DNA from: Callorhinchus milii
Taxonomy: Eukaryota
Length of the DNA stretch: 64,000 nt
Direction: 5' to 3'
NCBI RefSeq assembly: GCF_018977255.1
Contig: NW_024704742.1
Coordinates: 65,784,001-65,848,000 of the forward strand
Shown here: piece after piece, positions 1-61,160 of the stretch
Layout of the letters: each line of letters begins with the position of its first letter
Numbering within the stretch: position 1 is the first letter of the stretch
The notes under the pieces: generated by a model
What the model saw: only the letters and a program-made list of their open reading frames with translations
Databases searched by the model: none
Told to the model about the DNA's origin: nothing
Program-made: the position numbers and the translations under genes

Positions 1-3000
1 ATTATTAAGCGTGTGGAGTAAGGAAACTTGCCCAAGGTTTCGCGCTGCCTGGAATTGAACTCAGGTCTCTTACTTGCAAAGCGAGTACTGAGCTACAGGA
101 CTCCACAAAAAATAAATCTTAAAAGAAATGATGATATTCATTTTTTAGATAATAGGGCAGCTAACATGACTTTTTGGTCATCCTGTATTTGCTGCAATGC
201 AAATAAATTGGCTGAATTAAAGAGACCCAGATTCCTTTGCCAAAATTATCTGGAGATGCTTGAAATAATCTTGTGTGCCTAATACTAAAAGTTGAGAAAT
301 CCACTTTGCAGTAGAATCCTGGGAAGCGCAGTGAGATGTCTGGATGTGATAAATCACTATACCAAATGCAAGGATTATTATTATCATTATTATTATTTAT
401 TATTCTAACCCGGGCAGGGAATGTGCTGGTGGAGTCACCTGCGGTATTGCCGGGCGGCACTTGGTCTATTGGTTTGGGACGATTTTCCAAGAAACCTTGG
501 CAATGCCAGCAGTCTGGAAGCTCTTGCTGTGTGACATGTCATCTGCCAGTTTTGCAGCAGGAGGCAGTGGAGCCTGCAGACAGAACGGGAAAGACCCAGC
601 CCCGGGGGAAGGCGCCTCTGCTCTGGAGGGAAGTGGGCGGTGCTGCTTTATTGCAAAAAAAAAGGGAATCTCGCGTTTTAATCACTGTTAAAAGCTGGAA
701 AGTGTGACTGAAGCTGCTGTTGTAATCAAGAGCCGGGGCACCCGAACAGATACTGTTACCATTGCCCACGACCCTGCACTGAGGCGGGGAGCTAGCAATA
801 TGATAGTTACTGTTAAACTGGCTCCTGTTCTGTAGTGATAACAAGAGGTGATGTGGGGATGGGGACATCTAGCAATCTGGGGTGAGGAGAACCAGGAGAA
901 TGCGATGCACTATCACACTATTACAAAATACACTATTATTATAGTCTCTCAATAGTCTTCAAATCAGTCCAAATCATTATCTCTTTACCTTCCTAACCCA
1001 CCCTTCCCCCCTCATGAATGAATGGATGAGCAGCAGGAATACCTGGATGACCGTATATTTTGGAAAGTGGGTGATCAAGGCTGGAAGCCAAGTGATGGGC
1101 AGTTTTGCTGGTCACCACAGACTAGATTCACTGCACCAGGACACACACTGGGCATCTGGAAATAGGGATTTATTGGGTGCTGCTGTTCTGTCTGCAGAAG
1201 CTGCCAAACACAAACACACAGGAACCTTTTTGCATCGACTGTAAGGTTATTTTTATTGTATTATTCCTTATTGCCTTAAAACACAGTCCCTTTAATCATG
1301 AGCGTAGTGGAACACTTAAAATTGCCACGACTAATGGCTTATAATCATAGGTACGTTTGCGATGTTGCAAAACTGACCAATCTGCCCAGTGTTTGTCTTT
1401 TTCTACTTTTAACATTTTTTTTTGTGTGAGTGGGTCCGTCTCACATACCCCTTTGGGGATGGTTCATTTTGCATTGTGGCCCAGGTATGCACCACAATAT
1501 CAATCTTATTATCTACCTCCTTCATAACTCATAAAGGGGAATCACCAAATACACTTGTACTAAAGTATCTCAATATTTTTTCATCCAATTCATTGTTTAT
1601 CTTCCTAACTCTTCCCCGCCACCCACACACACTCAAGTTTACAGATTCTTCCTCACTTCTTCAATCTGTCTCTGAAGCACTGTCAATTGATGGGGATGCA
1701 CTAAATGTAGGCTCACCCAGTAGGGTGGGGACCGTCCATTTTACATGTGGGGTGAGTAATGGATACAAAGTTAAATTAACCTTTTTAGAACATCTAATAA
1801 AAAATAATTTCCATGGGTATGGGGAAAAGTACATATTGTATATGGACAGATTGTTCTTTCAAAGTACCAGCTTGGACAAGGTGGGCTGAATGGTCTCCAT
1901 CTGTTCTGCAATTTTCTATATCTGCATCCAGTGAAATGCCCTTGATATACATTCCAATGGCTGAGTACTGGGGCTGGTGACTGGATTATTTTAGTTGTCA
2001 ATAACACTATCGGGTGCATGTTCCAAGTTTCTTGTGAATGAACCAATGGGACTTATATCACCATTAACTTGTTCATCCACATTTAAGACATGTTCCATTT
2101 GTGAGACATGTACTTAATTTGTGTAGAACACCTCTATACTTTATTTCTGGAAACTCAACTATAGTCCAATACAAAAAAAACTGTGAACCCCACTAAAACT
2201 TAAGTTTTTGTCGATCAACCCAGGGCAAAAATCTTGTCCATCATGTCTATCAATTATTACCTTCTACTTTCTGTTATTATTTTGGTACGTCCTCCTGAAG
2301 TGAAAGGCACTATTATAAATGTAATTTGTTGTTGTTTGTTAAACCAATCTTCGATCCAGTTAATTTATAATCAATTATTCCAATAAATCTCAAATCTTTA
2401 AAAACTTCACTGGAACTTTTGATACATTTTAAAATCTGAAGTGGACTATATCCAAATCTCATTCATTAATCTGCGACAGTGCAGAAACTATAATAATTGT
2501 ATTTCCAGTGTAATGAAGCTTCTCAAAACATTTTTTCAGTAGTAATGACATGTTTGCTACTGTACAGTGCATGTAGGGATGATACTGACCTCTACACCAC
2601 ATCTGGAAAATCAGAGACGAAGTTTGCGACCAGACTTTTGTCAAGTAGCTCCTCGTGGCGAAATCCAGGAAAAGGCCATCTCTGGAACCGTTGTGTATCC
2701 TATTGAGAGCTGTACGAGAATAAAAAAATGGGGAAGAGATTTTGTATTTGGGAGAGGAGGGAAAGAGGGAAGAAAAATACAACTTCATGGTTAGTCATCA
2801 TCAGGCACAAACGTAAATCTCTACATTTCAAATGAAATTGGTTACAATTCTGGGTAAGCAAGTCATTTTAATTCAAAAATGTCATAAAAATAAAAATCTT
2901 GAGGTGCACAGTGGTGTTGAAAGATATACAGCAGCTTCAATATGGATTCATCAATAAGTCTTTGAATCCAGACATTTGTATCTGGGGTCTTGTTATTAAA

Positions 3001-3856
3001 TTGGATTTAAAAAAANGTATGAACCAAGTAGGAGAATTAATTGCAAACACCTGCTTAATTCATCTGAAATGAATGCAAATTAATTCTCGTTGATATCAAC
3101 TTTGTTGAATAGTCTTCATTTTAATGCAATTTCATCTCTCTATGGTAAAATGCTCTAAAATAACCCTTTGCCTTATCTGGACTCTAATGTACTCCATTGT
3201 AATTTGGATTCTAAGATTTCTTTCATATTTGCCCTTTGCTTCATGATTAGCTAAAACTACTGCTCAAAGATAAAAAGGTTCCTCAAACAAATATTTTGAT
3301 AAGACACAACTCCTACACCACTGCTTATGGAATAAATGTAACTAGCAGAGGCTATTTTTAACTCCCAAGACAAAACATTTCTTCAGTTAAGACACTGTTG
3401 GGCTACTTAAAGCATGAAAGTTCAGCTTAATTTACATAATTTCCTCTCAACTCCACCGTTATTCCTTCACTTGTAAGCAGACCACAGGCCATGAAAATTG
3501 TGAAATTCAAACAATCACTAGTTGATAGCAGGAAGTGTTTTATTTTCATACATCTTCATGTAAGCTAGTGGTTGGGCCAAATTCCCTAACCACAGGTGAA
3601 AAATTCAATTCACTACTGAACTGAGTTTAAAAGCAGTGATGCCAATTTGAGTTTATCATTTGTGTGCATTACTATCAGAATGTTGCTTTAACAGAACTAT
3701 GCTTATGTACACTGTCCTGATTGGTAACTGTTGCATAAGGCTGAGATGATACAATTGGAAAGGGGGAGGTGGGATTTTCTAACCTTTGTGGGTGGTGCCT
3801 TCTCTACTATCCCTACTGGTGTATTGGCATAAACTTACGTTTTACCTGACAGTGCC

Positions 3857-4860
3857 ATGGTACAAACTTGCATAAGTCGTATCAATTGGGTCCATAACAT
3901 TCAATATGACTTATGCAAATATGAGTTACAGGCAAACTTGCATAAAGTTATGTATAAGTCAGATTTTATACGACTGACACATAACCCAGTAAACAAGTAT
4001 AAGGTCCTCATCCCTAACGTGCACTTATTGTACTTGTATTGCCCGATGCCATGAGAATGGGTCAAAACTAGAGTTCCCTCAAATTTTTTTTGGTTATGCG
4101 CAGAATGAATTTGGGCTGTGTGCACCACTGTAAAAAAAATCAAAACTTACTCCGAATAAGTGCACGGCCCACAACAGACTGCTGCACGGCTGCACACCCG
4201 CGCAGCTTAGAGGTAACAGTGGTCAAGACCTTGTTTCCCGCACTTGTTTCAATGGAATACACATAACTGCAGCTGGTAAGTGTGCATGCCGTGACGGATC
4301 AAGACTTCGAGCACTGCCCTGCTCCATACCCCCCACCCTGTCTGTTCCATCACTTCCTATACCCACCCTCTGGAACTCCATCCTCAGAGCTACTCCATGT
4401 CACCCCCTTCAATGCTCGTCTCAACACCATCCTCTTTTGACTGTACCTTCGGTCATCTTCCCATCTCCATCTCTCTCTCTCTCTCTAGTCCAGAGCTCAA
4501 GCTCAGGTGTATGCCCTTCACTATCCAGCGCACTGGGGGCATCCTCTTGACGTGAAACACGTTATATAAATGCAATATGTTGTTGTTTGTTTCCCATGCT
4601 GGTTTCAAATGGAACACTGCGCATGCATACTTCAATGTAGCTGGTAAGTGCAATAGCGGGGTTACGGGTTAGGAGATGATAAGCATGGGATTCGGGACCA
4701 AGAAACCTTTACAATTTAGCTGTTTATCCAACTTATAAAATACAACTAGTCGAAAGAAATTTAAGTATTTTTTGGGCAAAATTGAATGCGACTCGGGTGC
4801 ATATACGACTTAGGCGATTGTATATGATTTAAAAAAAGACAACTTGTGCAAGTTTTACTG
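3857..4860. mobile_element. Tigger/pogo-like non-autonomous DNA transposon with nested elements
   Basis: Ends AAACTTGCATAAGTCG ... CAACTTGTGCAAGTTTTACTG followed by TA; homologous copies at 37039-37207 and 51988-52472. Confidence 0.65.
4069..4221. mobile_element. hAT-type MITE
   Basis: Imperfect TIRs TAGAGTTCCCTCAAA / TTAGAGGTAACAGTG with 8-bp flanks gtcaaaac / gtcaagac. Confidence 0.7.
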
Positions 4861-5399
4861 TACATTTGGACCATGGCTCTGTAACAGGGAAGATGCACCA
4901 ACTATGTTCCTTCTAAACTATACACATTTGGGTTGGACAGTAAACAATATTCACAACTTTTGTTTAAAAAAACAATACCAAAAAATCTGAATATCATGCG
5001 CTAAGTTGATATCCCCCAAATCATGTTCCAGTACTAATGCCCACTTGGAACAAGGTTTTAGGTCCAATTCAATATAAAAGACAATGTTAAAAATTAAAAG
5101 ATTTAAAAAAACATTTTGCTTAGAATATACAACTGAAACATTCAATACCACAGTGACCAACCCTAGATGATGGGAAGGAAAGGGAAATATACAACAGTCT
5201 GCTGAGTGGACAAGGTTAAATCTCATACAAGAAAATAACGGGTGGCATACATTCCAATTTAGTCCTGAGATGAAATTTCATTACTAATAAATTTCATTAA
5301 TCACCCTGAAGGAAACTTTCAAGGTAGTAGCTGCAAGCTACCAAATCAGGGTGTAGGTGATGCCACAAGCAATATGCAAATAATGGAACATGAAAATTA

Positions 5400-5405
5400 T
5401 TTATT
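5400..5405 (-). terminator. Candidate NSD2 polyadenylation signal AATAAA
   Basis: AATAAA on the minus strand ~1.1 kb past the stop, followed by U/GU-rich sequence and before the transposon block at <4.9 kb; other candidates exist further downstream. Confidence 0.35.
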
Positions 5406-6512
5406 TTTATCCAACATATGTTGGATAACAAATTTATACCACTGCATTTACAGACACTTGTGGTATAAAATGAAAATATCACTTGTGTAAATCTGAAAGC
5501 TGTCATGGGCTGGTCTACTCTTCGACCCTTACTGGAGCTACTGAAGGACGAGAATAAACCAATATATACAAAAAACTAAAGCTAGGGATTGAACCCTGTG
5601 AGCGTTGCTTTGAACAAAGCACAATGTCATAATTCATCTCACAGGTTAATAAAAAAAACGTTGGTTTCCTTCTTGTATGATTTTTGCACATTGTTAAAAG
5701 CAACATGTTATCCAAAAAATACAAATAAAACCTCTAGAGGAAACATCAACACTAATCCAAAACATTTTCAATTAAAGTGAACATGGTTCACAGTTTGGTA
5801 CATATCTGACTAAACAGAACTTGTATTTACTGTTATTACAGATGGTTTAAATAAAATTTGTCTGACCAGAACTTTCCAGTAAAAAACCCAAATTGCTGTA
5901 ATGACTGAGTAACAGCAATACAATTTCAATCCCTGTTTGGACTCATTTGGACAATTCAAACAGCCCTGAAAAAGAGACATTTTAAAACGCTGAACATGAA
6001 TGATTATCTATGCACTGCCATAAAAACCAGCAGGGTTACAAAAGGTTCTATTAATGCAAACTACACTAACGCATACAAACACAATGAAGAACAACTAATA
6101 GTGTCATTTCTTTCAGTATTATATTTCTAACACTTTTAATGACTGATAAATGCTATTAATTTCTAGTTTCAATCTCAATCTGCATTTTGGTTTTTGTAAT
6201 CTACCCTTTTAAAATGCTTTGATAGGATAGTTTAACCAAACATTCCCAGTGTAAATGTAATGCTGTGTAGTTTTGCTGTCCCGGTGACTGTGAGCTTATG
6301 CAGCCACAGTCTTGAGTTATCAGTGCAGACGCAGTTAAGACTGCCGGAGATGGCTCAAGGAATCAAGAATGCTTTTCCTGCAAACGTATCTTGTATAGTA
6401 AGTTGTGAGGAGTGTATGTCTGGAGTATTTACCAAAACAATTTCAAATAGTGTTTGCAGTTCAAGTAATTCACTGTGCATTGTAACTGGTTCGATTGCTG
6501 GCTTTGCGGTTC

Positions 6513-56100
<49,588 letters not shown>

Positions 56101-58052
56101 GCTATGCAGATGTTACCAGTTTAAACACTGTAAAAGGAGAAAAAATTCTAATTATATGAAGCATTATTACAATAAGGGAAAAAATGCTTCAAATGCCATA
56201 AAAAACTTCCAGATTTATCAACTTTTAGCAATGTTGCATTCCCAAGACTAAAGCTAATTACATTGTTTGGCTTTGTCTTATTACAATAATATAATCTATA
56301 ATTTTAAGAGTACTAAAACAGAAAATGAAATAGAAGTCTCTTCCAGCATAATTCACTCACACACAATTAGAGTTTTTCTTTATTCTGTGTTTGCATATGC
56401 CATGAGATTTCAATAATACGGTTAACATTTTAAAGATCACTTTAAACAGCCAGAAAGTGACTTGATTTCCAGAAGTCACAATGATATTCATCAACAATGC
56501 AATTAATTTTAATAATCCTTACATATCATATAGCACCTTGCCACATTGTTGAGTTGTTTCAAAGCACTTCATAGGATTTACTGTGAAATGTAGGCTATTT
56601 ATAGGCAATAATACATTCTTAGTGAATTCTTGGTTCTGTTTGATACACATCACAAATAGGGTTGTATATTAGCTGCACAGGTGGTTATGATCACTTCTTG
56701 GGACATTAAAATAAAACGTAACTAGCAGTCTCCCTGAAAGAGTGCCTAAATTAAATTTGTGGAGCATCACTGAACCATACAGATCACGAAGGGTTTGATC
56801 ATTGTTGTATATTCAGTTAACTTTACACAACTCGGAGTAGGATACAATTGTACTAATTCACTCCTGCTTTGTTTTTGGACGGTGAAGAAAGAAGATGCAG
56901 TTTATATTTCTGAGTAGAAAAAAGATCATGATTGCCCGATGGTTTCCATTTGTTTGGTATGGAGTATGCACTCTACCGATGGAATGATGTACACTGCTTA
57001 CCTAATCCTGAAAGTTCAGGCAGATTGGTAAAAGCCATGCTTTGGTGACCTAAAGTGTGCATTGAGGTACTGCTGGAGCTTAACCAGTTTATAGGATGTT
57101 GCTGGTTGCAAATTGGCTGCCATGTTCTCCCACAAAAACACAGTCACTGCACTTCACAGTAAATCTTGTGAAGCATTTTGGGATGCCCTCCTGATGTGCA
57201 AGGTGCTATACTAAATGCAAGGATTATTAAAGCCATGCTGTTGGTCCAGCTAGGACTACCCTACCCCATTAGGTTCTAGGATTAACAGGATCTGAGAGGA
57301 AAAATCCCAAATTTGTAGCAATTCTAAAACTGTTTTCCCCACACCAAATAATCAAGATACATACATCTGCAATTTCAGAAGATTAGGACACTTAATGCAA
57401 GTTCTGTAATAAATTATTGTAGTGTGTTTACATTGTAGCCCAATTCTTAACCTTTTCTAAGTACTTTCTGATAATGAATGATAACAGTACGCTGGATACT
57501 GATAGCAACTCTACCATCAAGTTTGGTTGTAAATGGTTTGATTTTATTTTGAAGAGTAGTATCCAAGGGACTCATTACACTTTCTTTTGCCCAAAATTAA
57601 ACAGAAATGTAATATATATTAAGGTGAGCAAGCAAAGCAAATCTAAAAATATTAAAACATAGTCAAAGGTTTATCTTGTGTTACTTTTGCAATTTGAATG
57701 CAAAGAATCACAGTAGGTCATGTTTAGCAAATCACAAAAGCAAGTTTAACCAATTCAAAAATAACAATGAGCTGCCACACCACTTTCCGGAGGCAACCCT
57801 AACCTGAGCATATTACTTTTAAGTCAAATTCTTCAAAGCAAAGCACGAGTCCAAAGGAAAAAAACAGACATCACAATATAGGTTAGAAAAAGCTACATTG
57901 CAACATGACAATTTTTTTCTTTTACACAAGATATTGTGTAAATGTAATCTTTTACATCATATGACTAAACCGGATGAAATTGAAGCAAACATTGGATTCC
58001 TCATTAAAAATCAAACAGTACTGTTCAAAGATATAAATTAACTTCAGTTATA

Positions 58053-58204
58053 CAGGGTGACCAAAAAGTTATTTTCAGTTACCATATTATCTTTTTTAAA
58101 AAACTCATAATTTCTTTAAGATATATTAGACATTGTAGACAATTCTTGCATATTAAATGCAAGGATTATTATTGTAAAGGTATCACAACTTTTTGGTCAC
58201 CCTG
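58053..58204. mobile_element. Tc1/mariner-type MITE
   Basis: Perfect 18-bp TIR CAGGGTGACCAAAAAGTT with TA on both sides; contains a SINE tail remnant. Confidence 0.85.
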
Positions 58205-59377
58205 TAGTAACCAACTATAGTAATATACATTCAAACAGATTTGTATCCATAAAACAGTGCAATACCAATGCGTTTAGCATTTGCTATGAAACATGCTGAC
58301 ATGCAGATTTAACACAAGTTATTTAACAAATAAATTGTTCATGAAATTAAGATGTTAGTGTAATACAGTATATGAAGATTAAAAGATGCACAGTCCCACA
58401 GTCTCAGGAAAGCTAGAAGTGTTAGTTGATCTGTGTAATCTTAGTTAACTTGTTTGCTTCATCAAATTCAATATAAAGCAACCACTGCCAAAATTAAAAG
58501 TTGAAAGTAAACATCATATTGAAAAAAATCTTCCAAAGGCCTTTTTACACTTAATGCATTATTCACCTCACCTGCACTAAATAAAGTACATGGCCCTTAA
58601 TTAGGTTCCTGCATAAATCAAACAAACACAGATTAAATGTTTAAAATCATGATACTATTATAACTTCTACGGGAAAAATAAACGTTTAAATTGCCGCTCC
58701 TCACATCAGCATGTACACTGCTCGTGATTAAAAGGCAGTCAGCGACATTCAATCTAACAGTTTTGTTAGTCCAACTGCAGCAAATATAACCAAGTTGGTG
58801 TGATACCAAAAATGGCCTTTTTATCATTCCAATGGTTCATTCTCAAATCTCCAGAAGCACATCTTACCCCGTTCTTCTCGAAACAGTAAGAAATATGCAA
58901 TGAAGCTTGAACTATGCATCAATACTGTGTCTTCAAAAAAAACTTGTTGCAAAACTGAAATAAACGTAAAACCCATTAAGAAATCACACAGTAAAATTAA
59001 AAGCCCAATCTTAAAATTTTACAAACATGGCTGCCCTCCATACATTCAGCAGTAGCAGCAATGCACACAGACAGACACTCAACCCACATCACAACCCGAT
59101 TAAATCTAAGCTCACCGCCTTTTGCACGTACATTTTCGTCATCCTATGATTGCGTTGAGGATTAATAGGGGCGCCTAACAGTAACTAAAACAAGCCTCTT
59201 TTGGATGGAAGTTGAAGGGGCAAGAGAGTAGTGGAGGGGGGGAAGGGGTGGCGGCAAGAAGACTGAAGACAAAAATCTGATGCCCCCTAACTCAAGCTTC
59301 TGTTTGGGCCAATTCGGGGCCTACTTCTCTGTAACTAGTGGCCACTCTCTCACACTTGGGGAGTCAGCCACCAGTTT

Positions 59378-59442
59378 TCTCCCCCTTCCTTCCTTCCTTC
59401 CTTCCTTCCTTCCTCCTCCTCCTCTCTCCCTCTCTCTCTCTC
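59378..59442. repeat. (TTCC)n/(TCC)n/(CT)n polypyrimidine tract
   Basis: Direct reading. Confidence 0.9.
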
Positions 59443-60019
59443 ATTCCGTCCCTCCTGTTCTCTGCAATCCCTCACGGCCTCGAGAACCACACGTCCTTCC
59501 CCCCTCCCCCCATCCCCCCCCTCCATCACCACCAGAAGTTTACAAACAAGTTGTGTGATCAATTATTACATATCTATTTTTTTAAAAAAAAATACCAGCA
59601 AAAATAAAGAGACCTGTTATCCTTGCATCCTCAGCGGGGACACTGTACTTTCAATAGGGTACAGTAAGTAACTCCTCGGCTCGGCTCGGCTGCCTCCCCC
59701 CCCCCTCCTCTCCCCTCCCTCCCTCCCGCAACGAAGCCAATCAGCGCGAAAACCCAGGCGTCTCATTGGCTGCGGACACGGCAGAGCCGAGAGGGAGAGA
59801 CAGTTTTCTTTGCTGCGTTCACACAACATTTGAAAGGAAAATAAAAATTCATCGCCGCCTCCTCCCTCCCCCCCTCCACTCCACTCTCTTTCTCTACTCA
59901 CTCACTCACTCACACACGATAAACTCAGGCGGCCTCTCGGTTCCCCCCCTCCTCCCCTCCCCTCAATGTATATTGATATAGAAATACGAGCGTGTTTCGA
60001 GCACCATTTTTTTTCTTAC

Positions 60020-60240
60020 CGGCTGGTGTCTCCGGGGATGATGATGATGATGGCGGTGGTCGGTTGGCTGGTGGTGAAGCAGAAAAGGGGTGATGGAGGG
60101 GAGAGGGGAGGAAGGAATTGGGAGGAGAGGACCGATTTAAAAAATATAGATATTTTGATATAGAGTATTACAATGGTATTGACGAGGGATGGGAGGCGAG
60201 GGGGGAGGGGGGGAAGAGAAATAAAACCGTAGCGCGCGTG
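60020..60240 (-). other. NSD2: Probable non-coding first exon of NSD2 (5' end approximate)
   Basis: Strong donor CCG|gtaaga at 60020/60019 inside the CpG island, upstream of the c1 acceptor. Confidence 0.55.
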
Positions 60241-61078
60241 ACGTCAACCTCGGAAACACACACACACACACAAAAAAAAGGCGGAAGATTTTTTTTTGCC
60301 CTGAAACTGATGGAGAGAAAAAACCGCCAGTTGGTCGCGGGGAGGGCGGGGGAGCGAGAGGAAACGGGGTTGGAGGGGGGGGGAAGGGGGTGGGGAGCGC
60401 GCGCGCTCAACGCGGTTTGAAAAAGTCAGGGCTCGCGTGATTGACGCACAGACGTTGACGTGGTGGGTGGCATTCACAAATTGGCGCGAGATGGCAGTTG
60501 GCGCTCTACGTATGGACGTACGCATGTGCGTACCCGCGGACGGTTGGATCCTCCCCCTCTCTCTCTCTCTCTCTCGCTCTCTGTAGCGCGCGCGCGCGCG
60601 CAAGTTTTGCGCACGTGCCCTTCTGTTTCCGATCGAGTTCAAGCGAAGCTCCCGCTTTGGTCCGCGCGCGCGGCGCCGTCTCTCCCCCCCCCCCACCACC
60701 TCGACGTAGGCCACTTGTTGCGCATGCGCGTTATCTCGCCTGCTCCCCCATCCCCAGCCGCTGTTGCTGGAGCAAGCGGCGGCTCGGCGCGCGTGCGCAC
60801 TGTGCTCGGTGCGGCGCCGCAGTGCAGAGTGGCTGCGCCCTGTTGACTTTCGAGGGCGAGTCACGGCACAGGCTGGGAGCAGCCGGCTGGTTAAAAGGAC
60901 AGCAAGAGAGGTTTGAGGGAAATGGTCGTGCAACGTGCTGAGTCACTCAAACGTGGATATATTTCGAAGAAGATCTAGAGTTCCTTTTGTATTTGAATTA
61001 TCTCTGACCCTCTCTCCCCCCCCCCCCCCCCCCCTCTCCTGCCGTAACGGCGTCTCCGCGGCGAAGGAAGAAGAAACC

Positions 61079-61160
61079 ATGACCTTCATGTTGTTGTTTT
61101 CGAGCTGTCGCTCGTCTGTGTTGAAAGGGCCGAAAGTCTGGTGCGGAAAGATGGGGAAAG
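61079..61160 (+). CDS. LETM1: Probable LETM1 first coding exon (mitochondrial presequence-like)
   Basis: aaccATG, MTFMLLFSSCRSSVLKGPKVWCGKMGK+G, donor AAG|gtgagt. Basic/Ser-rich with no acidic residues; 82 nt phase 1, matching my recollection of human LETM1 exon 1. LETM1 is the known head-to-head neighbour of NSD2. No further exon is visible in the window. Confidence 0.65.

Noticed and set aside
3016..3016. Ambiguous base n (also at 20543)
   Set aside because: Assembly ambiguity next to homopolymers, not biology.
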